64,000 nucleotides of DNA from a virus. The stretch is taken from IMG/VR virus record IMGVR_UViG_3300025362_000004, positions 59,583 to 123,582 of that record. The stretch is one strand, 5' to 3'. The notes under the pieces were generated by a model that worked only from the letters and a program-made list of their open reading frames with translations, had not been told where the DNA came from and did no database searches. Shown here piece after piece: positions 1 through 8,944 of the stretch (position 1 is the stretch's first letter; each line of letters starts with the position of its first letter). The translations under genes and the position numbers were made by a program.

Positions 1-90
1 GACAAGCCTGTATCAATGTGGAAGAAAATGCACTTTGATAAGAGTAAAATATCTTTTGTAGGCAAGAGATAAAAAACTACTAATGTAGAT

Positions 91-119
91 TTGATTTTTA
101 TATCAGTTTATGATATAAT
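91..119 (+). promoter_or_regulatory. sigma70-type phage promoter (recurrent motif, about 20 copies in window)
   Basis: TTGATT-N17-TATAAT with extended -10 TG. The same architecture recurs at about 1053, 2509, 3534, 7227, 8962, 12819, 13104, 13914, 21705, 23645, 25373, 27390, 28330, 29096, 30327, 38266, 44738, 44844, 53285. Confidence 0.8.
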
Positions 120-149
120 TATATTATAAAGATAAGAAATAAATATTTT

Positions 150-1000
150 TATCTTCGGTTGAGATACCCTACGGCACAGGTCGTTAAAAGAGGCGTGTTA
201 TCCGCCATACGGCACAGGTCGTTAAAAGGAACTAAGGCGAGCCATACCCGCGTGTGGTGTAACTCCACCAAATATGGTTTCTCCATGGTAATCGCCGCCT
301 TATGAAAATGATATTTAAGTAATAAAGATACGGGTTTATACATTCTCCCAGCGATAAAAAATGTTTTGCGTTAAACTCTTATACAGAAAAGGGTGGGCTT
401 AAAGGCGGGTCAGCATAATGGTCTGGGCGTGTGGCGTCAGTAAAAATCCATGTGGCAGTTGTGGCTATGTCAATAGAAAATGTCATAAGTAGTAATACTT
501 TCATTCGAAAGACGTAAAAATTATAGTGTTACGCAAAATTAGTAGAGAACACTTAAAATAAACGATACTGACATGATTATATGTTAAATAACACAGTTCA
601 ACAGGTTAGATTCAAACCGTCGCTGAGAGTAAGAGTCGTGTCTAAGGAAGCACTCTACCTCGCTTGAAGATTAAACACTAGCGAGTAAGAAATAAGAAAA
701 GCGCTTTGGCGAAAATCCAAATGAGTCAACATAGAGGTGTTGGCCTAGAGCAAACTAGGTAGGGAAAACAACGCTGAGAGTTAGAGTTGCGTGTATTGAT
801 TAACCACTTTACTTTAAACACTCTACCGTAAGGTCTGGAAGCTGTTACCTTATGAGCAACTATATTAAAAACAGCGTATTATTTAATTGCCTGTCGAGGA
901 AAAGTAATATTAAACTATATGAGAATGACGACACGAATAAAATCCTTTCCAAAGGACTGCCCGCGATAAAGTGAACGGCGCAACGGCATGCGAAAGAAGA
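150..1000 (+). ncRNA. large unclassified structured ncRNA (about 0.87 kb)
   Basis: Lies between a promoter and a terminator, has no credible ORF, is richer in GC than the CDSs, with many hairpins and internal duplicated motifs. Confidence 0.65.
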
Positions 1001-1032
1001 CATCAAGGTTGGAAACTTGGTGTTTTTTTTTA
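1000..1032 (+). terminator. intrinsic terminator
   Basis: ACATCAAG-loop-CTTGGTGT followed by a T run. Confidence 0.8.
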
Positions 1033-1127
1033 TGAGTTTTTGGAATATAAGATTTGCTTTTTTTTTAAATCTATGATATAATAAAGTATAAAGATAAAAA
1101 TATACTATTTTTGTGAGGTGTTGAAAT

Positions 1128-1511
1128 ATGAATAAACGATATACATTATTCCTTGCTATGGCGGGGACATATGACCCAAACTTAATAACAAGCAATTTAG
1201 TGCCTGTGGAATATGATTTCACAAAAATAAAACGGTCTTATCGTAAAGTGAAAAAAATATTGAAATATAATAATGTTGTAATAGAAATTCACGATAGACT
1301 GTTAGGTTTTAAAATTCCATATATTTTAGTAATACCTGCAAAAGGAGTAGATAATACTCTATGGTATATGGAAAGAGGTTGGGTAGAAATAGATAAAAAA
1401 TATGCTTATTTTAATAAGCGAAAAGAATTGAAAAGAAAAGTACCAAGAGAACATATAATACAATTAGACAATAAAGAATTATTAAATGAATATTTAGAAG
1501 GGAATGATTAA
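1128..1511 (+). CDS. hypothetical protein
   Basis: Own promoter and GAGGTG RBS. Confidence 0.75.
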   Translation: MNKRYTLFLAMAGTYDPNLITSNLVPVEYDFTKIKRSYRKVKKILKYNNVVIEIHDRLLGFKIPYILVIPAKGVDNTLWYMERGWVEIDKKYAYFNKRKELKRKVPREHIIQLDNKELLNEYLEGND

Positions 1512-1513
1512 AA

Positions 1514-1780
1514 TTGGCAACTAAATTCAAAGAACTAATGAAATTAAAAGGTTATACACAAACACAACTAAGCAAAATTAGTGGTGTTGCTCAATCCAAT
1601 TTGAGTATTTATTGTAATCACAGAGAAACACTAGAGGTATCAACAATGGTTACTCGAGCAAGATTGGCAGGCGCTTTTAGTATGACAGTAAAAGAATTTG
1701 AAGAATATTTAGATTTAGAACCTGCAACACTAATCGCATCAAATAAACAAACAGGCAACTTTACATTACACAAAAACTAA
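1514..1780 (+). CDS. XRE/Cro-family HTH regulator
   Basis: KGYTQTQLSKISGVAQSNLSIY helix-turn-helix. Confidence 0.8.
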   Translation: MATKFKELMKLKGYTQTQLSKISGVAQSNLSIYCNHRETLEVSTMVTRARLAGAFSMTVKEFEEYLDLEPATLIASNKQTGNFTLHKN

Positions 1781-1792
1781 GAGGTGAAATAA

Positions 1793-2068
1793 ATGCCATT
1801 AACAACTACAAAGATTTTTGATTATCTCAACAAAAATGAATTAGCACACCAAGTACACATAAGAAACGATGAGATAATTTTTTATCATTGGAATAGGAAT
1901 ATGACAGATTTAATTAAATCTGTTGTTTTGCACAATGACAAAATAGAACAAGTATATTATTCAAGGAACATAATTCCCATGTTATATACTTTTATGAATA
2001 GTGGAATAGTAAATGATTTTACTGGAGCAGAGAAGTATGTTAGGGATAAAAGAATTTATGCAAGATAA
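1793..2068 (+). CDS. hypothetical protein
   Basis: GAGGTG RBS, operon context. Confidence 0.7.
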   Translation: MPLTTTKIFDYLNKNELAHQVHIRNDEIIFYHWNRNMTDLIKSVVLHNDKIEQVYYSRNIIPMLYTFMNSGIVNDFTGAEKYVRDKRIYAR

Positions 2069-2501
2069 AGAACAACTTGTGTGTGCTATAAAATATTTAT
2101 TAGATGTTGGACTACCTGAGAAATTAGTAGTTCTTGTTACTCAAGCAAAACAACCATACGTTAATAAAATTAAAAATGGTAAATTACATAGAAATACAAA
2201 AATAGAAGAAGGTTTTAAACTAAATTCTGAGCAACAAAATAAATATGAAATCGTTAAAAAGATATTATTTATGCCTGAATTACCTACATCAGGTATAGGA
2301 GAGCAAGATGTTATTTATATGCAATTATTAAAGTTTTTTATGATACCGAAAGACAAAATAATTGAACTTTATAATAATTTAGCAAAAGTTAAAGTTAGTA
2401 GGTTATTATTAAAAAAGAAAATTGACTTAGGAAACTTTGATTCAGAATTAATTGGAGTAGATAAAAAAGAATATCTGGAATTAATGATAGAATTTCTGTA
2501 G
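2058..2501 (+). CDS. hypothetical protein
   Basis: ORF overlapping the previous stop. Confidence 0.65.
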   Translation: MQDKEQLVCAIKYLLDVGLPEKLVVLVTQAKQPYVNKIKNGKLHRNTKIEEGFKLNSEQQNKYEIVKKILFMPELPTSGIGEQDVIYMQLLKFFMIPKDKIIELYNNLAKVKVSRLLLKKKIDLGNFDSELIGVDKKEYLELMIEFL

Positions 2502-2717
2502 TGTAGATTTGATTTTTTTGTGAGTTTATGATATACTATATATAGAAAGATAGAAAAGACTATCTTATTAAAAGAGGTGAAATGCATGAAAAAAGTAATA
2601 CGATTATTTAGTTATAATATTAGAACAGTTGGGCAAAACCCTAGTTTTTCAGCGCACCTTGATTATATGAGACAAATTTCTGTGAGTAGATACTAACACG
2701 ACCATAATAGGTCTATT

Positions 2718-2743
2718 AGTCCACAGAGATGTGGACTTTTTTT
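2718..2743 (+). terminator. intrinsic terminator
   Basis: AGTCCAC-loop-GTGGACT plus T run. Confidence 0.75.
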
Positions 2744-2766
2744 ATTAAAGAGAAGGAGAGGATAAT

Positions 2767-3531
2767 ATGAATAAATATTTTGTATTTGGTGATTCACACG
2801 GGCATTATGAAGCACTAATTTCAAGCCTCGAAGCCGCAGGTTTCGATATAGATAACCCTAATCACATGATAATTGGTTGTGGAGATTACTTTGACAGAGG
2901 AGATAGAAACGCACAGATATATAATTTTCTTACTTCTGAAAAACTGATTGGAAGGGTATATCTTGTATATGGCAACCATGACGCAATGCTAAAAGATTTC
3001 TTAAGCAAACAAAATGATGGCGTATTTAATGCGACATATAATGGCTTAAATAAAACTATTGGAAATTTTGCACAAGTAAGTTGTAATTCAAATATGTTGA
3101 TGTATGATGGCGATTTTTATATTAGTAAAATTAAACAAAATTATCCAAATCTAATGAAGTTCTTACAATCAATGGAAGATAGTTTTACATTAGATGAATA
3201 CATATTTACTCACGCGGGATTAAAGTATGAAAATATGTATGATACTTGGGCTAAACCAATTTGGGTAGTAGACCATTGGGCTAATACACCAACATTTGTA
3301 AATGAGTTTAAATCAGTTGGTAATTATTTAACTGAAGGAAAGAAATTTGTATTTGGACATTGGCATGCTAGAAGATTAAGAAGTGATTTCGGATTAGAAC
3401 CAAGTAACGAGACATTTAAGTATAAAAACTTTATTGGATTAGATGCTTGCACTAACGCAAGTGGTTTCGTAAATGTTTTAGTAATTGAAAGCGATAATTT
3501 ACCTCAAGTTAATAAAAATTTGGAATATTAG
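2767..3531 (+). CDS. calcineurin-like metallophosphoesterase (PPP/lambda phosphatase-like)
   Basis: GDSHG, GDYFDRG, GNHD, THAG, GHWH motifs. Confidence 0.9.
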   Translation: MNKYFVFGDSHGHYEALISSLEAAGFDIDNPNHMIIGCGDYFDRGDRNAQIYNFLTSEKLIGRVYLVYGNHDAMLKDFLSKQNDGVFNATYNGLNKTIGNFAQVSCNSNMLMYDGDFYISKIKQNYPNLMKFLQSMEDSFTLDEYIFTHAGLKYENMYDTWAKPIWVVDHWANTPTFVNEFKSVGNYLTEGKKFVFGHWHARRLRSDFGLEPSNETFKYKNFIGLDACTNASGFVNVLVIESDNLPQVNKNLEY

Positions 3532-3733
3532 ATTTGAAATTTTAGTTAGATTATGGTATAATAAAGTATAAAAATAAAGATATAAATATAGATATATGGG
3601 AAATGAACTCCCAGTCGTGCACAGACAAACTGTTCAAGGTACGTAGTCGTTCGGACCGCCAAAAGGTAAGTGAGACAAAGGTGTAGTGGGAGCTACCGAT
3701 TGGATACCTAGAAACTAAAGTTCAATCGTATAT

Positions 3734-3812
3734 TGGGATGTGGGCTAATTTGGTAAGCCACCTGCTTTGGGAGCAGGGCATCGTGAGAGTTCAAGTCTCT
3801 TCATCCCAACCA
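3734..3812 (+). tRNA. tRNA-Pro(TGG)
   Basis: Cloverleaf, encoded CCA. Confidence 0.9.
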
Positions 3813-3813
3813 T

Positions 3814-3889
3814 GGTGATATAGTAGAGTGGTTTAGAATGTCGGTTTGTCGAACCGAAGAACGGGGTTCAATTCCCCGTATCACCGCCA
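3814..3889 (+). tRNA. tRNA-Asp(GTC)
   Basis: Cloverleaf, GCCA end. Confidence 0.9.
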
Positions 3890-3902
3890 AAAAAATGAAT
3901 AT

Positions 3903-3991
3903 GTTGTCTGTGGTGGAATGGTAAACACGCTAGGTTGTGGCCCTAGTGCCGATAATTCGGTTTGCGAGTTCAAATCTCGTCAGTCAACCCA
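3903..3991 (+). tRNA. tRNA-His(GTG) with long variable arm
   Basis: G-1:C73, GTG loop, extra arm GCCGATAATTCGGT. Confidence 0.85.
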
Positions 3992-3992
3992 T

Positions 3993-4070
3993 TCGAGTGT
4001 AGCTTATGTTTGGAAAAGCACCCACCTTATAAGTGGGAGAGCGTGGGTTCAAACCCCACCACTCGGACCA
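3993..4070 (+). tRNA. tRNA-Ile(TAT)
   Basis: CCCAC-CTTATAA-GTGGG anticodon arm. Confidence 0.85.
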
Positions 4071-4074
4071 ATTT

Positions 4075-4148
4075 GGGGATATAGTATAATGGGATTACGG
4101 GTGGTTTGCAACCACTTAATCGGGGTTCAACTCCCCGTATCTCCACCA
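4075..4148 (+). tRNA. tRNA-Ala(TGC)
   Basis: G3:U70, TGC loop. Confidence 0.9.
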
Positions 4149-4156
4149 AATGAAAT

Positions 4157-4231
4157 GGATTAGTAGCTCAGTGGTAGAGCAAGCGGCTGTTAACCGCTAG
4201 GTCGTAGGTTCAAGTCCTACTTAGTCCGCCA
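4157..4231 (+). tRNA. tRNA-Asn(GTT)
   Basis: Cloverleaf. Confidence 0.9.
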
Positions 4232-4232
4232 T

Positions 4233-4309
4233 GCCGATTTAGTGTTAATGGCTTAACATAAATGCCTTGTAAGCATAAGATATGGGTTCAACTCCTGTAA
4301 TCGGCACCA
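4233..4309 (+). tRNA. tRNA-Thr(TGT)
   Basis: Cloverleaf. Confidence 0.85.
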
Positions 4310-4310
4310 T

Positions 4311-4384
4311 AGTCCTATGGTATAAAGGGAACACACCTGTTTTACAAGCAGGAATTCACGGTTCAAGTCCGTGTGGGACTACCA
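4311..4384 (+). tRNA. tRNA-Val(TAC)
   Basis: Cloverleaf. Confidence 0.85.
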
Positions 4385-4460
4385 AAAAAAAAAATAACCT
4401 AAAACAAAGAGTTTGAAGTTTAGATAGCCAGAATACTGTGTCTAAATTTGAGTTTGATAT

Positions 4461-4534
4461 GCACGTGTAGTTTAATGGTAGAACCTCTGCCTTCCAAGCA
4501 GACTATGACAGTTCAATTCTGTTCACGTGCTCCA
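4461..4534 (+). tRNA. tRNA-Gly(TCC)
   Basis: Cloverleaf, U73. Confidence 0.9.
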
Positions 4535-4535
4535 T

Positions 4536-4611
4536 GATTGGGAAGCTCATTAGGTAGAGCGACGGACTGTTACTCCGCTGGTTAAGGGTTCAAATCCCTT
4601 CTCAATCGCCA
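4536..4611 (+). tRNA. tRNA-Asn(GTT)
   Basis: Cloverleaf. Confidence 0.8.
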
Positions 4612-4694
4612 ATAAAAATAACAGGATACGACTGAACACAGGCTTGATACAAGACAGTTAATCCTTATGGGTAATCAAGATAAACCCATTATAT

Positions 4695-4769
4695 TCCTCA
4701 GTAGCAAAATGGCTTTGCAGGCGGCTTTTAACCGTCGAGATGCAGGTTCAAATCCTGTCTGAGGAACCA
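4695..4769 (+). tRNA. tRNA-Lys(TTT)
   Basis: Cloverleaf. Confidence 0.85.
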
Positions 4770-4772
4770 TAT

Positions 4773-4846
4773 CCTAGGGAGAATCGGATATTCAAGCAGG
4801 TCTCATAAGCCAGCCCTCGTAAGTTCAACTCTTGCCCCTAGAACCA
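4773..4846 (+). tRNA. tRNA-Met(CAT), C1:A72 mismatch (initiator-like)
   Basis: CTCATAA loop, CCA. Confidence 0.7.
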
Positions 4847-5003
4847 AACAAATAAAGGAATACAATATATGCCGTCCTGCAAGACGATAAAAGGCATGCC
4901 GAGTAGCTTAACAGAAGTCTGGAATTTCGAAATAAGGATGAAAATAGAGCGCCCCTGTTTGAAGGGGAATGGTAGTGTTGAGAATACACTTTCGGTTATA
5001 AAT

Positions 5004-5078
5004 GGGATTATAGTGTTAATGGGAGCACATCTGTGTTGCACGCAGATAGTCAGGGTTCAACCCCCTGTAGTTCTACCA
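5004..5078 (+). tRNA. tRNA-Ala(TGC)
   Basis: G3:U70, TGC loop. Confidence 0.8.
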
Positions 5079-5081
5079 AAT

Positions 5082-5157
5082 AGGAGTGTGGCCAAATGGC
5101 TAAGGCATGGGACTTTGACTCCCAGAATGGCGGGTTCAATTCCCCCCTCTCCCACCA
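5082..5157 (+). tRNA. tRNA-Gln(TTG)
   Basis: TGGGA-CTTTGAC-TCCCA arm. Confidence 0.85.
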
Positions 5158-5160
5158 AAT

Positions 5161-5236
5161 GCAAGCGTAGCATAATGGATAGTGCAACATCCTTCTAAGG
5201 TGTCCCGTGTGGGTTCAACTCCCGCCGCTTGTGCCA
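5161..5236 (+). tRNA. tRNA-Arg(TCT)
   Basis: Cloverleaf. Confidence 0.9.
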
Positions 5237-5237
5237 T

Positions 5238-5311
5238 GTGAGTATAGTTTAGTGGTAAAATAGGTGGTTTCCAACCATCGGTCGAGGGTTCAATCCCCTC
5301 TACTCACACCA
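5238..5311 (+). tRNA. tRNA-Gly(TCC)
   Basis: Cloverleaf. Confidence 0.85.
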
Positions 5312-5315
5312 ATAT

Positions 5316-5562
5316 TTAATTAAATGAATAGTTATTTAGACCGAAATTATATAAGTGCGCCGAATCGTAGTAGGCAACGAGTTTAGCGACTCAAGCACTT
5401 GGTTGAGAAAAGGACTTGTCCCGTTTAACGAAAATGCCGATAGGATAAGATATAGTTTTAGGAAAAGAGTAGCTCTCAATACCGAAGCAAGAAAACTTTA
5501 GAAAGGGGTCGCGACCTATCTAATGGAAACCTGTAGGTCTGAATAATTATTCATTTAATTAA
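5316..5562 (+). ncRNA. unclassified structured RNA (about 245 nt)
   Basis: About 27-bp closing helix TTAATTAAATGAATAGTTATTTAGACC / GGTCTGAATAATTATTCATTTAATTAA with G-U pairs; no ORF. Confidence 0.7.
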
Positions 5563-5579
5563 AAGGAAGAGGAGATAAA

Positions 5580-6269
5580 ATGCGAATTATATCAAACAAA
5601 AGAGACTATTACGATGGTTGGGCGACATATGATAAAACATATAAAACTAAAGTATGGGTTCGGAGACCACAAGAAATTGAATATAGCAAATATAAATTAG
5701 AAACTTTTACAGAAAATAGAGTTTGGATTAATAGTAGAGCTTTTCATATTGGTTATCTAATTATCGCTGGTATAGTTTATCCATATATCGAATACGAAAG
5801 TCTATGTGATGAAATTTGGTATAAAGGTAAGTGGATAAAAGAAAATAACAAAGAAGATAAATTCTTCTATGACTATGAAACTCTTATGAGTGAACATGGA
5901 GATTTCCTAAAAAAACATTGTTGGAATGATGCTAGAGATATTAAGAATTTCTTTGAACAAGACCAATTCGATATGACAGAAATGTGTTTAGAATTAGATG
6001 CACCAATCATTTTAATTGAATTTAAAAAGTTTCCTTGGAGACTTGCAGACACAACAAAAAGAGTTATTACAATAAATCCTAATCTAAAAGAAATTAGTTT
6101 AAGTAAGGTATTTAGTTCACCACAAATGTATCAAATATTAGACAGATTTGTTAGTAATGTTATGGTAGGAGATAAAACTCCAACATCAAAACAAACAGAT
6201 ATTGAAAAAGTTGAAGCACATGGCTTTGACAAGAAAATTTCCTTTAGAAAGGGGAAACAAAAAAAATGA
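5580..6269 (+). CDS. hypothetical phage protein
   Basis: GAGGAG RBS, 229 aa ORF. Confidence 0.8.
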   Translation: MRIISNKRDYYDGWATYDKTYKTKVWVRRPQEIEYSKYKLETFTENRVWINSRAFHIGYLIIAGIVYPYIEYESLCDEIWYKGKWIKENNKEDKFFYDYETLMSEHGDFLKKHCWNDARDIKNFFEQDQFDMTEMCLELDAPIILIEFKKFPWRLADTTKRVITINPNLKEISLSKVFSSPQMYQILDRFVSNVMVGDKTPTSKQTDIEKVEAHGFDKKISFRKGKQKK

Positions 6270-6499
6270 AGTTAAGTGAAATTAAAAAAGGTATTCAAGA
6301 AAAGGTTAAAAATTGGGAAGACGAATTAATTGAAATAGTTAATTCTCATGCTAGAGAACTTGCTGAAGAAGGGTATAATTTTAGAGAAGACGATATTAGT
6401 GATGATTTCATGTGTGATATAGAGTGTCTAATCAATGAAAGAGTTGAAATTTATAATTTATGTTATAAGGAGAAAAATAATGAACTTAAAGAAAATTAA
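6266..6499 (+). CDS. hypothetical protein
   Basis: Translationally coupled ORF. Confidence 0.7.
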   Translation: MKLSEIKKGIQEKVKNWEDELIEIVNSHARELAEEGYNFREDDISDDFMCDIECLINERVEIYNLCYKEKNNELKEN

Positions 6500-6800
6500 A
6501 GAACTAGCAGATTACATGGAAGACAATCCCTATGAATTACCACAAGCACTGATGTATAATGAAATTACTTGTTATACAGATGAAGAAATTTCTGATGAAG
6601 TAATGGAATTACTATTAGATTTCGGTGAAGAAATATTATTTGATTTTGAATATTCAACAGCAATTGCAGTTGGTTGTGTAATAGGTTCATGGTATAATAC
6701 TTTTATGCAAGATAAAGTAGATATACTTAAAAGAGATAGAGATAAATTATACAAAGATTTAAGAGAGAATTATATTTTTAGTGATTGGGCTTTAGCCTAG
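6480..6800 (+). CDS. hypothetical protein
   Basis: AAGGAG RBS before ATG 6480. Confidence 0.7.
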   Translation: MNLKKIKELADYMEDNPYELPQALMYNEITCYTDEEISDEVMELLLDFGEEILFDFEYSTAIAVGCVIGSWYNTFMQDKVDILKRDRDKLYKDLRENYIFSDWALA

Positions 6801-6808
6801 TCATTAAT

Positions 6809-6882
6809 GTCTTGATAGTTTAAAGGTAGAACTTATCGTTGCCAACGATAGAGTGGGAGTTCAATTCTCCCTCTTGACACCA
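6809..6882 (+). tRNA. tRNA-Gly(GCC)
   Basis: Cloverleaf with acceptor mismatches. Confidence 0.8.
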
Positions 6883-6888
6883 ATATAT

Positions 6889-6978
6889 GGGGATGCTGGG
6901 CATTGGTGAGCCTAAGAGACTGTAAATCTCCCGCATAAAAGTAAGACTGTGGCGGTTCAACCCCGTCCGTCCCCACCA
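6889..6978 (+). tRNA. tRNA-Tyr(GTA)
   Basis: Class II cloverleaf. Confidence 0.85.
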
Positions 6979-7070
6979 GAAGATAGTAAGATATTGAAAA
7001 GTATTTTATATATAAAATTTTTATAGAGACGGAGTTTTGCATTTCATTCTAAAATGCAAGACAACTCTAT

Positions 7071-7149
7071 GGTCTTGTAGCTCAGTTTTAGGTAGAGCAC
7101 GCGGTTGAAGCCCGCGGTGTCGAGGGTTCAAGTCCCTCTGAGACCACCA
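7071..7149 (+). tRNA. tRNA-Phe(GAA)
   Basis: Cloverleaf. Confidence 0.9.
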
Positions 7150-7169
7150 TTAAAGAAACATAGCTTTAG

Positions 7170-7189
7170 TTACGCCGCGTGCGGCGATT
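7170..7189 (+). repeat. dispersed REP-like palindrome YACRCCGCGTGCGGCGA (8 copies)
   Basis: Copies at 7170, 8064 (minus, variant), 10574 (minus), 11768, 13856, 17177, 35393, 53221. Confidence 0.85.
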
Positions 7190-7302
7190 TGGACTAAAAA
7201 TATTCCAATAAAAATGAACTATGAAAGTTGACTTTTTTCGGATTTTGTGATATAATAAATTATAAAGATAAAAAAGTAGAACTTTTTTTGAGAGGTGTTG
7301 TT

Positions 7303-8061
7303 ATGTCAATAGGTATTTATAAATACGAAAATAAAATCAATGGAAATATTTATATTGGTCAGTCAATTAATATAGAAGGAAGGCACAGTAAGCATTTATA
7401 TCGAGCTATTAGAGGCAAAGAAACAAACAGTGAATATAATACAAGTTTATCTAAAGCGATTAGAAAATATAATATAGAAAATTTTGATTTTTCAATAATT
7501 GATGAATGTAAAATTGAAGAATTAGATAAAAGAGAGATTTACTGGATTAAATATTATGATAGCTATAATAATGGTTATAATCAAACACTTGGTGGTCAAA
7601 GTGGTAATAATTATAAGTTTGACAAAGAAGTTATTATTAAAGTGAAAGAACTGTTAAAAAATACAACATTGTTATATGATACAATAAATGAATTAACTGG
7701 TGTTTCTAAAACTACTATATCAGAAATTAATACTGGAAAATATCATATTGATGAAGGTCAAGAATATCCTCTTAGGGTAACGACTAAAGAAGAAAATTAT
7801 TGCTCTAAATGCGGAAAACCAATAAGTAAAAGAAATGAAAATAATTTATGTAGGATTTGTTATAGTGAAACTACTAGAAGAGTAGAACGACCTACACCAA
7901 TAGACCTCGCTAAAATGGTTGTTGAAAAAGGTTTTAGTAGCGTTGGTAGGAATTATGGAGTGTCTCATACCAGTATAAAGAGATGGTGTAAAACATATAA
8001 AATTCCGTATATAAAGAAAGAATTAAAAGTATGGTATCAAAATCAAATAGGCTCTGAGTAG
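7303..8061 (+). CDS. free-standing GIY-YIG homing endonuclease
   Basis: GIYKY...IYIGQS, E..WI, GYN motif; C-terminal Zn-finger/HTH. Confidence 0.9.
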   Translation: MSIGIYKYENKINGNIYIGQSINIEGRHSKHLYRAIRGKETNSEYNTSLSKAIRKYNIENFDFSIIDECKIEELDKREIYWIKYYDSYNNGYNQTLGGQSGNNYKFDKEVIIKVKELLKNTTLLYDTINELTGVSKTTISEINTGKYHIDEGQEYPLRVTTKEENYCSKCGKPISKRNENNLCRICYSETTRRVERPTPIDLAKMVVEKGFSSVGRNYGVSHTSIKRWCKTYKIPYIKKELKVWYQNQIGSE

Positions 8062-8085
8062 GGCCAATCGCCGCAAGGCGTAAAT

Positions 8086-8165
8086 GCCAGTGTAGCTCAA
8101 TTAGGTAGAGCGGCCGCCCGATTAGCGGTGACACAGTAAGAGTTCGATTCTCTTCTCTGGTACCA
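8086..8165 (+). tRNA. tRNA-Ile(GAT)
   Basis: Cloverleaf. Confidence 0.8.
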
Positions 8166-8168
8166 AAT

Positions 8169-8248
8169 GCCATTAAATTAGGTCTGGGAAAACTATTGTC
8201 CTCTAAGGGTAATAGAAGTGGAAGGTTCGAATCCTTCCGTTGGCACCA
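8169..8248 (+). tRNA. atypical or degenerate tRNA, apparent CTA anticodon
   Basis: Good T-arm and ACCA; TTGTC-CTCTAAG-GGTAA arm; weak D and acceptor stems. Confidence 0.5.
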
Positions 8249-8251
8249 AAT

Positions 8252-8326
8252 GCAACTATAGTATAACGGATAATACAACATCCTTCTAAGGTGTCCGATG
8301 GGGTTCAAATCCCTCTAGTTGTGCCA
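8252..8326 (+). tRNA. tRNA-Arg(TCT)
   Basis: Cloverleaf. Confidence 0.9.
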
Positions 8327-8350
8327 TAAAAAAACAAAGGAAGTGATTAT

Positions 8351-8866
8351 ATGTCAAGATTAGATGAAGCGTTTAAATTCATGAAAACAAAACACGGAAT
8401 ACAAGAAAGAGCGACTGGTGGCTATTACTTTGAGCATCCAAGACGCGTGGCTTCGTATGTCCTAATGTATAAAGATAGTTATAGAATAGAAGATATTGTT
8501 ATAATTGCTTTATTACACGACGTAATCGAAGATACTAACGCAACATATGAGCAAGTCAAAAATGCTTTTGGAGAAATGATTGCTGATACTGTAATGGAAT
8601 TAACAAGTAATCCTTTAGATGTTAAAGAACAAGGAAAGAAAGAGTATTTAGCAGACAAAATGGTTAATATGAGTTCTTATGCGCTTGTAGTTAAATTATG
8701 CGATAGACTTGATAATGTAAGTGATTTGCATAAGATGAGCGATGGATTCAGAGAACGTTATACAAAAGAAACAAAATACATATTAGATAAGATTGATGAA
8801 GAAAGAGAAGTAATTACTATCACGCATCACAGAATTATACACCAAATCCGATTAAAATTGGAATAA
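8351..8866 (+). CDS. HD-domain (p)ppGpp hydrolase-like protein (small alarmone hydrolase/Mesh1-like)
   Basis: H..Q.R..G.YF.HP, ALLHDVIEDT, VKLCDRLDN. Confidence 0.85.
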   Translation: MSRLDEAFKFMKTKHGIQERATGGYYFEHPRRVASYVLMYKDSYRIEDIVIIALLHDVIEDTNATYEQVKNAFGEMIADTVMELTSNPLDVKEQGKKEYLADKMVNMSSYALVVKLCDRLDNVSDLHKMSDGFRERYTKETKYILDKIDEEREVITITHHRIIHQIRLKLE

Positions 8867-8867
8867 T

Positions 8868-8944
8868 GGGGATATAGGCCAATTGGAAGAGTCAATGCGC
8901 TTAAAACGCATAAAGTGCGGGTTCAACTCCCGCTATCCTTACCA
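8868..8944 (+). tRNA. tRNA-Leu(TAA), short variable loop
   Basis: ATGCG-CTTAAAA-CGCAT. Confidence 0.8.

Noticed and set aside
3846-5198. Track ORFs 3846-4163 and 4869-5198 (also 10513, 10523, 19972, 29144, and the 5' extensions of 11382, 11766, 18347)
   Set aside because: They run through tRNA, tmRNA or structured RNA genes and lack an RBS
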